A stretch of 64,000 nt of DNA from Candidatus Omnitrophota bacterium. GTDB lineage: Bacteria > Omnitrophota > Gorgyraeia > Gygaellales > Profunditerraquicolaceae. How positions within the stretch are numbered: the stretch's first letter is position 1; every line of letters begins with the position of its first letter. The notes below the pieces were generated by a model. The model saw nothing but the letters and a program-made list of their open reading frames with translations. It did not search any database and was not told the DNA's origin. The stretch spans positions 268,154-332,153 of the forward strand of contig JBAZTA010000002.1 in NCBI GenBank assembly GCA_041662125.1, written 5' to 3'. This document shows positions 56,567 to 64,000 of the stretch, piece by piece. Made by a program: the position numbers and the translations under genes.

Positions 56567-57859
56567 ATGATTGAACGTTATAGCTTACCGGCAATGGCCG
56601 CTCTTTGGGAAGATGATTTCAAATTTAAGACTATGCTTGCGATCGAAATTGCGGTTTGCCAAGCGCAGGCTCGGGATAAATTGATCCCTCAGGCGGCAGT
56701 TTCTCGGATCAGAAAAAAAGCAAAGTATAATGTCTCGGCGATAAGAAAGATTGAAGAAAAGACCAATCACGATATCGTGGCGTTTGTAACGAATGTCGCC
56801 GGTTATATTGGCGCTGATGCTCAATATCTGCATAGGGGGTTGACTTCATCTGACCTTTTGGATACGACGCTCGGTGTTCAGCTTAAGGCGGCAACTGATA
56901 TCTTAATCGGTGACGTTGAAGTTTTGCTGAAAGTTTTAGCGCGCCGGGCCAAACAGTATAAAGATACGGTTTGTATCGGCCGCACGCATGGCATTCATGC
57001 TGAGCCTATGACCTTTGGGTTAAAACTGGCGCTTTGGTATGATGAGATGTGCCGCAATTTAGAGCGGCTCCGCCAGGCAGGGGAAGCAGTCCGCGTGGGA
57101 AAAGTTTCCGGGGCTGTAGGAACATATTCTAATATTAATCCTGATGTGGAAGCATATGTTTGCTCTCAACTTGGTCTTAAAGCCGCTAAGATCTCTACTC
57201 AGATAGTACAAAGGGATATCCACGCGCACTATCTGGCTATTCTGGCGGTGGTGGGGGCGTCGTTGGAAAAATTTGCCACGGAGATAAGGCATTTACAGAA
57301 AACCGAGGTTTTAGAAGTTGAAGAACCGTTCGGAAAAGGGCAAAAAGGCTCATCAGCAATGCCGCATAAGCGTAATCCGGTGATCTGCGAACGGATCTGC
57401 GGCTTAAGCCGGATCTTACGGGCAAATGCTTTGGTGGGATTGGAAAACATCGCTCTCTGGCATGAGCGCGATATCAGCCATTCTTCTGCGGAGCGGGTGA
57501 TCTTTCCTGATTCTACAATTGCTTTGGATTATATGCTGCATAAATTCATCGCAGTTGTTGAAGGAATGCAGGTTTATCCGGCAAATATGATGGCTAACCT
57601 GATTAAAACCAAAGGGCTCATTTTTTCGCAAGCAGTCCTTTTGGCGCTCATGGATAAAGGGTTAAGCCGGCCTAAGGCGTATGATTTGGTGCAGCGCTGC
57701 GCCATGGATACCTGGCTTAAAGGTACGCCGTTTCGCGATAATCTTTTGAATGATAAAGAAGTCGTTAAGTATATAAAGAAGGAAGCATTGGATACGATAT
57801 TTGACCTCAATTATTACCTGCGTAATGTGGATAAGATCTATAGGAATGTAGGTTTGTAA
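56567..57859 (+). CDS. purB: adenylosuccinate lyase
   Basis: Fumarate-lyase family with SSAMPHKRNP signature. Confidence 0.9.
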   Translation: MIERYSLPAMAALWEDDFKFKTMLAIEIAVCQAQARDKLIPQAAVSRIRKKAKYNVSAIRKIEEKTNHDIVAFVTNVAGYIGADAQYLHRGLTSSDLLDTTLGVQLKAATDILIGDVEVLLKVLARRAKQYKDTVCIGRTHGIHAEPMTFGLKLALWYDEMCRNLERLRQAGEAVRVGKVSGAVGTYSNINPDVEAYVCSQLGLKAAKISTQIVQRDIHAHYLAILAVVGASLEKFATEIRHLQKTEVLEVEEPFGKGQKGSSAMPHKRNPVICERICGLSRILRANALVGLENIALWHERDISHSSAERVIFPDSTIALDYMLHKFIAVVEGMQVYPANMMANLIKTKGLIFSQAVLLALMDKGLSRPKAYDLVQRCAMDTWLKGTPFRDNLLNDKEVVKYIKKEALDTIFDLNYYLRNVDKIYRNVGL

Positions 57860-57896
57860 TAAGTAACGGCCTTCCTTTTCTGTTTGGAGTTTCTTC

Positions 57897-60839
57897 ATGT
57901 CATGGAAAATTGAGATTAAAGATAAACCCGGGATATTCGATGCGGTTGGTGAGGGCATTGGAAAAGATATCCTTGACTTAGGGATCACCGGCGTACAAGA
58001 AGTTCGCTTTAGCCTTATCTATTCACTTGATGGTGATGTAACCCTTCCTGCGGTAACAAAAATCTGTGAAGCACTGCTTGTCGATAACGTGGTTCAGGAA
58101 TATTCTATTAACCGGAAATACCGTCCCTGCGCGCACGGCGAATCAGTTGTGGAGGTTGCCTATAATCCCGGGGTTATGGATCCTTCCGAGGAATCTATTT
58201 TAAAGGGGATCAAAGATTTAGGTATTGAAGGTGCCAGGTCAGTTAAGACTGTGAAGAAATATGTAATAAAAGGCCGCTTAAGCCGCGCGCAATTGAAGAT
58301 GGTTGCTGATAAGCTGCTGTATAATAAATTGATCCAGCATATTGTTGATGAGTCATCGCCGCAGGCCCTGGAATCGTCAGCGCGGATCCCTGATTACCAG
58401 TTTAAATTAATTTCTGTTGATTTATTGGGCGCGCTTGACCGTGCGTTGCAGCAGGTGAGTAAAAAAGGGCAATTATTCCTTAATCTCGCTGAGATGCGCT
58501 CGATCAAGGATTATTTTAAAAAGTTAAAACGCAATCCCACTGATTGCGAGTTAGAGACTATCGCCCAGACCTGGTCAGAACATTGCTGGCATAAGACGTT
58601 TCGCGGCAAGATCAGGTATGAAGAACACTTGGCAGCGGGAGGGCTCCATAAACCGCTCACGGTAAGTTGTAAACCCAAGATCATCAATAATCTTCTGAAA
58701 GCCACCATCATGAAGGCGACGACTGATTTAAACAAGCCATGGTGTGTATCGGTATTCAAGGATAATGCCGGGGTCATACGCTTTGATGATACCTATAATA
58801 TTTGTTTTAAAGTTGAGACGCATAATCATCCTTCAGCATTAGAGCCGTTTGGCGGTGCCAATACCGGTGTCGGAGGCGTCATCCGGGACCCCCTGGGCAC
58901 CGGTTTAGGCGCAAAACCAATTTTAAATACTGATGTTTTTTGTTTTGCTCCGCCGGATCTTCCTTTTGAAGAGGTCCCGCAAGGTTCGCTTCATCCGAAG
59001 CGGGTCATGAAAGGTGTTGTTTCGGGAGTCAGGGATTACGGCAATAAAATCGGGATCCCGACCGTCAATGGCGCGATACTCTTCCATCCCCGGTTTGTGG
59101 GAAATCCCCTGGTATATTGCGGTACGGTGGGGATCATGCCGAAAGATAAATCGTTTAAGCATGCCCATAAAGGCGATCTTGTCGTTGTAGTCGGTGGAAG
59201 GACCGGCAGGGATGGGATCCATGGGGCGACTTTTTCCTCGGGTGAGCTTACCCATGAATCTGAGACGATCTCCAGCGGCGCGGTGCAGATCGGCAATCCC
59301 ATACAAGAAAAGAAGATGGTCGATACCATTTTACAGGCGCGCGATAAGAATTTGTATAATGCCATCACTGATTGCGGCGCCGGCGGGCTTTCGAGTGCAG
59401 TTGGGGAGATGGGAGAGGATCTAGGGGCGCGGGTTTATCTTGATGAGGTCCCCTTGAAATATAAAGGGTTATCGTACATGGAAATCTGGATATCGGAATC
59501 ACAGGAACGTATGGTCCTGGCGGTTTCTCCGGAGAAGATCCATGCTTTGCAGGAGGTTTTTAGCAGTGAGAATGTCGAAGCAACGGTTATCGGTGAATTC
59601 CCCGGTACAGGAAAGCTGGAACTGTATTATAAAAACAACCTGGTCTGTAATTTAGATATGGAGTTTTTGCATAAAGGCATCCCTAAAATAGAAAAGAAGG
59701 CAGTGTATACGGCGGTAAAACAGAAAGAACCTAAGCTTACTGGCAAGAAAGATCTGTCGCGGTATTTAATGAAGCTGCTTTCGCATTATGATATCTGTTC
59801 AAAAGAATGGGTCATTCGGCAATATGACCATGAGGTACAAGGTGGTTCTGTCCTGAAACCTTTGGCCGGCATAGTCAATGACGGCCCCTCCGACGCTGCA
59901 GTCGTGCGGCCGCTGCTCGATTCCAAACGCGGTATTATTGTTTCTAATGGCATCAATTTCCGCTTCGGGCTTATTGATCCCTATTGGATGGCTGCTTCTT
60001 GTATTGATGAAGCTTTGCGCCAGATCATTGCCGTTGGAGGTTCACTGAAGCAAATAGCGATACTGGATAATTTCTGCTGGGGTAATCCTGATAAGCCTGA
60101 CCGTTTGGGTGGTTTAGTCAGGGCAGCTTACGGCTGTTATGATAGTGCCAAAGCGTACGGCGTCCCTTTTATTTCGGGGAAAGACAGTTTTTATAATGAA
60201 TATACGCTCAAGAATAAGTCAATTGCGATCCCGGGGACGCTTTTAATTTCTGCGATCTCGGTCATGGATGATGTAAGTCAAACGGTATCTATGTTTGCTA
60301 AAGAGCCCGGGGACCTTGTTTATATCGTAGGAGATACCCGCGATGAAATGGGCGGCTCGCACTATTTTGATTTATTAGGTTTTCTCGGCAATGCGGTGCC
60401 GCGGGTGTTTCCATCCCAAGCGATTAAAACTTTTAACGCTTTAAGCAGGGCAACTGATGCGCAATTGATCAAGGCAATGCATGATTGTTCTGACGGCGGG
60501 CTTGCGGTTGCGGCGGCTGAGATGGCTTTTGCCGGCGGATTAGGGATGGAATTATTTTTGTCCGAGGTGCCGTATAAAACACAAAGCAAGCCAGGCGCCG
60601 GAGGTGGTGCGCAGAATGATTGCATATTATTTTCTGAATCAAATTCCCGTTTCATTGTTTCCGTAAGCAAGCATAAGCAAAAAGATTTTGAACGGACACT
60701 TAAAGGTGTGCGTTTTGGTTTGATGGGATGCCTTTCAAGCGGCAATGATTTTAAAGTCCATGGCAGAGATGGTGATGTGTGTCTAGAGGCTGATATTTAT
60801 CAATTAAAAGAAGCCTGGCAAAAACCGTTACGGTGGTAG
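57897..60839 (+). CDS. purL: phosphoribosylformylglycinamidine synthase, fused PurS-PurS-PurL
   Basis: Two N-terminal PurS-like about 80-aa repeats followed by the PurL (FGAM synthase II) core. Confidence 0.85.
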   Translation: MSWKIEIKDKPGIFDAVGEGIGKDILDLGITGVQEVRFSLIYSLDGDVTLPAVTKICEALLVDNVVQEYSINRKYRPCAHGESVVEVAYNPGVMDPSEESILKGIKDLGIEGARSVKTVKKYVIKGRLSRAQLKMVADKLLYNKLIQHIVDESSPQALESSARIPDYQFKLISVDLLGALDRALQQVSKKGQLFLNLAEMRSIKDYFKKLKRNPTDCELETIAQTWSEHCWHKTFRGKIRYEEHLAAGGLHKPLTVSCKPKIINNLLKATIMKATTDLNKPWCVSVFKDNAGVIRFDDTYNICFKVETHNHPSALEPFGGANTGVGGVIRDPLGTGLGAKPILNTDVFCFAPPDLPFEEVPQGSLHPKRVMKGVVSGVRDYGNKIGIPTVNGAILFHPRFVGNPLVYCGTVGIMPKDKSFKHAHKGDLVVVVGGRTGRDGIHGATFSSGELTHESETISSGAVQIGNPIQEKKMVDTILQARDKNLYNAITDCGAGGLSSAVGEMGEDLGARVYLDEVPLKYKGLSYMEIWISESQERMVLAVSPEKIHALQEVFSSENVEATVIGEFPGTGKLELYYKNNLVCNLDMEFLHKGIPKIEKKAVYTAVKQKEPKLTGKKDLSRYLMKLLSHYDICSKEWVIRQYDHEVQGGSVLKPLAGIVNDGPSDAAVVRPLLDSKRGIIVSNGINFRFGLIDPYWMAASCIDEALRQIIAVGGSLKQIAILDNFCWGNPDKPDRLGGLVRAAYGCYDSAKAYGVPFISGKDSFYNEYTLKNKSIAIPGTLLISAISVMDDVSQTVSMFAKEPGDLVYIVGDTRDEMGGSHYFDLLGFLGNAVPRVFPSQAIKTFNALSRATDAQLIKAMHDCSDGGLAVAAAEMAFAGGLGMELFLSEVPYKTQSKPGAGGGAQNDCILFSESNSRFIVSVSKHKQKDFERTLKGVRFGLMGCLSSGNDFKVHGRDGDVCLEADIYQLKEAWQKPLRW

Positions 60840-60983
60840 CGAGTCCGCCGAAGGCGGACGAGCACCCCGAAGCTGACGCGAAGCGCATGAATGCAATTTC
60901 AGACGCGAAGCGGCGAAATTGCAGAGTGCTTAAGCGAGGGGTAAACGGTAACCCGCCGAAGGCGGCCGAAAGAGGAAAATAAA

Positions 60984-61637
60984 ATGTTGAAAGTTAAAAA
61001 TTTGAAACAGGATTTTACCAGTGAGGATCCCTGGAGGATATTCAGGATCATTGCTGAATTTGTCGAAGGTTTTGAGGTGCTTTCGAGTGTCGGTAAAGCG
61101 GTGACCATATTTGGTTCAAGCCGTATGAAGCCGAATAACAAATATTACGCTTTGACTGAGGAGATTGCCTATCGTTTGGCAAAAGAGGGGTATGCTGTTA
61201 TTACCGGAAGCGGGCCGGGTCTCATGGAAGCCGGGAATAAAGGCGCGCGGCGTGCCGGCGGGCTTTCCATCGGCTTAAATATTCAGATCCCTTCTGAGCA
61301 GCGCGCAAATCCCTATGTGGATACCTTGATTGATTTCCGCTATTTCTTTATCCGCAAAGTCATGTTTGTCAAATATGCTAAGGCTTTTGTGATCATGCCG
61401 GGCGGTTACGGGACATTGGATGAATTTAGCGAGGCGATCAATCTTATTCAAACCCAAAGGATCCCCCGTTTTCCTGTCGTGCTTTTCGGCAGCCAGTATT
61501 GGAAAGGTATGCTTGAATGGCTGCAGAAAATGGTCTTAGAAAGCGGTTGTATCAGTAAAGAGGATCTGGATATTTTTAAGATCGCTGATAAACCTCAAGA
61601 CGTGGTTAAAATAATCAAGCAATTCTATAAACGATAG
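60984..61637 (+). CDS. LOG-family (TIGR00730) nucleotide 5'-monophosphate nucleosidase
   Basis: GSGPGLMEA and PGGYGTLDE motifs. Confidence 0.85.
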   Translation: MLKVKNLKQDFTSEDPWRIFRIIAEFVEGFEVLSSVGKAVTIFGSSRMKPNNKYYALTEEIAYRLAKEGYAVITGSGPGLMEAGNKGARRAGGLSIGLNIQIPSEQRANPYVDTLIDFRYFFIRKVMFVKYAKAFVIMPGGYGTLDEFSEAINLIQTQRIPRFPVVLFGSQYWKGMLEWLQKMVLESGCISKEDLDIFKIADKPQDVVKIIKQFYKR

Positions 61638-61663
61638 TTTTTTAGATTTGTCGTCTCAAGGAA

Positions 61664-62458
61664 ATGAAAAAACCAAAAGTATGTATTTTAAGGACAGCGG
61701 GTACTAATTGCGACAGAGAAACCGCATTTGCGTTTTCCTTGGCTGGCGGTGAGTGCGAGTCCGTACACATTAATCAGTTGATCGATGGAGAGAGTGTTTT
61801 GGATAAATACAGTATCTTAACTCTCTGTGGCGGATTTTCTTATGGTGATGATGTCGCCGCCGGCAAGATACTGGCCAATGAGCTCAAGTATAAGTTAATG
61901 AGCAGCGTAGAGCGGTTTATTAAACAGGGGAAACTCATTATCGGGATTTGTAATGGGTTTCAGATACTGGTAAAAAGCGGATTGTTGCCGGGCAATGATA
62001 GTTTCCGCCAGGAGGCAAGCCTTATTATTAATGATTCAGGGAAATTTGAGTCGCGGTGGGTGTATTTAAAAAGTCACCAGTCACAAGATACAAGTCAGAA
62101 GTGCGTCTGGACAAATGGTTTGCCTGAAGTGATCTATTTACCGGTAGCGCATGGCGAAGGTAAATTTGTGGCACAGAGTCAAGCAGTGATAGAACGGTTA
62201 CGCAAGAATAATCAGGTCGTGTTCCAGTATTGCTCTGCTCAGGGGGAGGCTGCCGGGTATCCTGGTAATCCTAATGGCTCCCAGGAAAGTATCGCTGGTA
62301 TCTCTGATGCGACAGGCAGAATATTGGGGCTTATGCCGCATCCTGAACGCCATATTGATTTCTTACAGCATCCCCGGCACAGGCGAGGGCCTGCTTCTGC
62401 GGGAGACGGTTTTTTTATTTTTAAGAATGGAGTTGACTATGCACGAAAGTATTTATAG
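61664..62458 (+). CDS. purQ: phosphoribosylformylglycinamidine synthase glutaminase subunit
   Basis: Class-I glutamine amidotransferase with GICNGFQ nucleophile elbow and C-terminal HPE. Confidence 0.85.
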   Translation: MKKPKVCILRTAGTNCDRETAFAFSLAGGECESVHINQLIDGESVLDKYSILTLCGGFSYGDDVAAGKILANELKYKLMSSVERFIKQGKLIIGICNGFQILVKSGLLPGNDSFRQEASLIINDSGKFESRWVYLKSHQSQDTSQKCVWTNGLPEVIYLPVAHGEGKFVAQSQAVIERLRKNNQVVFQYCSAQGEAAGYPGNPNGSQESIAGISDATGRILGLMPHPERHIDFLQHPRHRRGPASAGDGFFIFKNGVDYARKYL

Positions 62459-63902
62459 CGACGAACCTAAAGAGTATTGCGGTTTATTCGGCATCATGAA
62501 GAATAACCATGCCAGCTGGCTTACCTACCTGGGGCTTTATGCGTTACAGCATCGCGGACAGGAAGCATGCGGTATTGTCGTCAATAATAAAGGGAAACTT
62601 TCTATTCATAAAGAGATGGGGTTGGTCAGCGATGTTTTTAATGAACAGGTTTTAAATAAGCTCAAAGGTGATATGGCGGTGGGCCATGTGCGGTATTCGA
62701 CGACCGGATCGAGTGTCTTAAAGAATTCCCAGCCGCTTTTGATCGATTACGCTAAGGGTTCCATTTGCATCGCGCATAACGGGAACCTGGTGAATTCCCT
62801 GGAACTCAGGCAGGACCTGGAACAACGAGGTTCTATATTCCAGACGACAACTGATTCTGAGATCATTATCCATTTGATGGCGCGCGCGCGTTCCAGCGGC
62901 CTCCAGGAAAGCCTGATCTATGCGTTAAAAAGGGTGCGCGGGGCATATTCCCTTTTAATGATGACTTCTGATACCCTTATCGGTGTCCGTGACCCTCACG
63001 GTTTTCGTCCGCTCTGCCTGGGTAAGGTGAATAATTCCTGGTGCCTGGCTTCGGAAACCTGCGCTTTTGACCTGATAGGAGCAAAATATATACGTGAAGT
63101 TGAGCCGGGAGAAATTATTTTTATCCGTGCCGACGGTATTAAATCAATAAAACCAAAAGAACTGCAGACGAAAAATAATTTTGCCCATTGCGCTTTTGAG
63201 CACGTGTATTTCTCGCGCCCTGATTCGGTGATCTTTGGGGAAACAGTGCATTTGGTCAGGCGTAAACTGGGAGAGCAGCTCGCGCGGGAACATCCTGCGC
63301 AGGCCGATTTTGTCGTTCCGGTGCCTGATTCAGGATTTTCTGCGGCAATGGGGTATTCAGAGGAATCGGGGATCCCGTTAGAATTAGGTATTATTCGCAA
63401 CCATTATGTCGGCAGGACGTTTATTCAGCCGGCTCAAGATGCGCGGGACCTGGGGGTGCGGGTTAAGTTTAATATTTTAAGAGATGTTTTAAAAAGGAAG
63501 CGGATCGTGGTAGTCGATGATTCTATTGTCAGAGGCACGACTTCTAAGATCCGTGTGCGAAACTTACGTAAAGCAGGGGTAAAAGAAGTGCATTTGAGGA
63601 TATCCTGTCCTCCTCACCGGTTCCCCTGTTATTATGGCATTGATTTTCATCTGTCATCGGAATTAATTGCTAATCGTTACGAATCCCTTGAAAAGGTCAG
63701 GCAGTATTTAGAGGTTGATAGTTTGGGTTATTTAAGCCTGGACGGTATGTTGGGTTGTTTGAAAGATGGCAGGAAGCATTATTGTACTGCCTGTTGGAGC
63801 GGACAATATCCGATCTTGGCGGAAAAAAAACACGGGAAGTTTTCTTTAGAGAGTCGTTGTTGCGGGCAAGGAGAAATTATTTATGGAAAAAATAACGTAT
63901 AA
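62427..63902 (+). CDS. purF: amidophosphoribosyltransferase
   Basis: Ntn Cys in ...EYCGLFGI preceded by a short propeptide, PRTase motif VVVDDSIVRGTT, and C-terminal Fe-S cysteines. Confidence 0.9.
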   Translation: MELTMHESIYSDEPKEYCGLFGIMKNNHASWLTYLGLYALQHRGQEACGIVVNNKGKLSIHKEMGLVSDVFNEQVLNKLKGDMAVGHVRYSTTGSSVLKNSQPLLIDYAKGSICIAHNGNLVNSLELRQDLEQRGSIFQTTTDSEIIIHLMARARSSGLQESLIYALKRVRGAYSLLMMTSDTLIGVRDPHGFRPLCLGKVNNSWCLASETCAFDLIGAKYIREVEPGEIIFIRADGIKSIKPKELQTKNNFAHCAFEHVYFSRPDSVIFGETVHLVRRKLGEQLAREHPAQADFVVPVPDSGFSAAMGYSEESGIPLELGIIRNHYVGRTFIQPAQDARDLGVRVKFNILRDVLKRKRIVVVDDSIVRGTTSKIRVRNLRKAGVKEVHLRISCPPHRFPCYYGIDFHLSSELIANRYESLEKVRQYLEVDSLGYLSLDGMLGCLKDGRKHYCTACWSGQYPILAEKKHGKFSLESRCCGQGEIIYGKNNV

Positions 63903-64000
63903 GGCCTCCGGTGTTGATATCCATGCCATGGATGCTTTTAAGGGGCGGATAAAACCTTTGTTACGAAAATCATTCCGGCCGGAAGTCTTAAAAGATATCG
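63883..64000 (+). CDS. purM: phosphoribosylformylglycinamidine cyclo-ligase (5' part; continues beyond the window)
   Basis: MEKITYKASGVDIHAMD PurM N-terminus; AAGGAG RBS. Confidence 0.7.
   Translation, partial: MEKITYKASGVDIHAMDAFKGRIKPLLRKSFRPEVLKDI

Noticed and set aside
436-63400. Numerous minus-strand ORFs of 60 to 170 aa embedded in plus-strand genes (for example 436..783, 3799..4212, 5670..6188, 9169..9705, 22704..23054, 28623..29045, 45315..45830, 50381..50839, 62996..63400).
   Set aside because: They lie fully inside well-supported plus-strand genes, have no RBS or recognisable motifs, and show composition typical of antisense frames.
1-64000. Searched by eye for CRISPR arrays, transposase/integrase genes, IS inverted repeats, and rRNA or other large ncRNA (RNase P, tmRNA, SRP) signatures in all intergenic gaps.
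   Set aside because: No regularly spaced direct repeats, no recombinase-like ORFs, and none of the conserved RNase P / tmRNA / 4.5S motifs were found. The only tRNA has no adjacent integrase.

Overview
The window is a gene-dense, almost entirely plus-strand 64 kb stretch of a bacterial chromosome; cspA at 56033..56233 is the only convincing minus-strand gene. Several lines of evidence point to an anaerobic or microaerophilic diderm, possibly from a poorly studied lineage: lipoproteins with L-x-x-C lipoboxes, a TonB-dependent receptor and Lgt, together with hybrid cluster protein, superoxide reductase, rubredoxin, a flavodiiron protein, desulforedoxin, and methanogen-type homocysteine biosynthesis genes (COG1900 plus NIL-ferredoxin). 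GC content looks moderate, roughly mid-40s percent by eye; I did not compute it. Gene order along the window is as follows. (1) 1..2400: a HAD hydrolase and two lipoproteins, one of them CsgG-like. (2) 2600..11150: a metal-homeostasis block containing zupT, feoAB, a PP-loop ATPase, a radical SAM enzyme, lgt, an ArsB/NhaD permease, a YHS-domain permease and a small Cys-rich peptide. (3) 12800..15900: an Rrf2 regulator, a ferredoxin, hcp and an Smr-domain gene, which together look like a nitrosative-stress module. (4) 16250..18750: an MBL hydrolase, an AraC-type response regulator and a nitroreductase. (5) 19150..31660: a large redox and oxidative-stress island. It holds superoxide reductase, a ferritin-like protein, a 1118-aa hybrid histidine kinase, two receiver-only regulators, a Tpx-PCD fusion, a CDF transporter, rubredoxin, an FNR-like reductase, a flavodiiron protein, desulforedoxin, a glutaredoxin-like protein, TrxB and a membrane ferredoxin. 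(6) 31700..37460: an Rrf2-cysK-thi4-COG1900-iscU-nfu-NIL/Fd-iscS sulfur-assimilation and Fe-S cluster. (7) 37466..47885: housekeeping genes (birA, a TonB-dependent receptor, mnmA, nadA, rluA, a CPBP membrane protein, uppP, a PfkB kinase, a YqeY-domain protein). (8) 47900..52600: a candidate c-di-GMP-I (GEMM) riboswitch, then a GH1 beta-glucosidase, a cNMP-binding/P-loop/patatin protein, a lipoprotein and an NAD(P)H-hydrate epimerase. (9) 52668..64000: an SNF-family transporter, tRNA-Phe, a PAS protein, cspA and a purine operon (purB, purSL, a LOG-family gene, purQ, purF, purM). I found no transposase, integrase, CRISPR array or rRNA. The most notable non-coding signals are listed next. A 33-bp conserved palindromic motif occurs upstream of two redox genes. 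There is a riboswitch-like leader. A 131-nt nested palindrome lies between the radical SAM gene and lgt. Two hairpin-rich intergenic regions sit at 18.75-19.1 kb and 60.84-60.98 kb. Each of the two Rrf2 regulators is preceded by a promoter with a palindromic operator. All family assignments come from reading motifs in the translations; I ran no database search.
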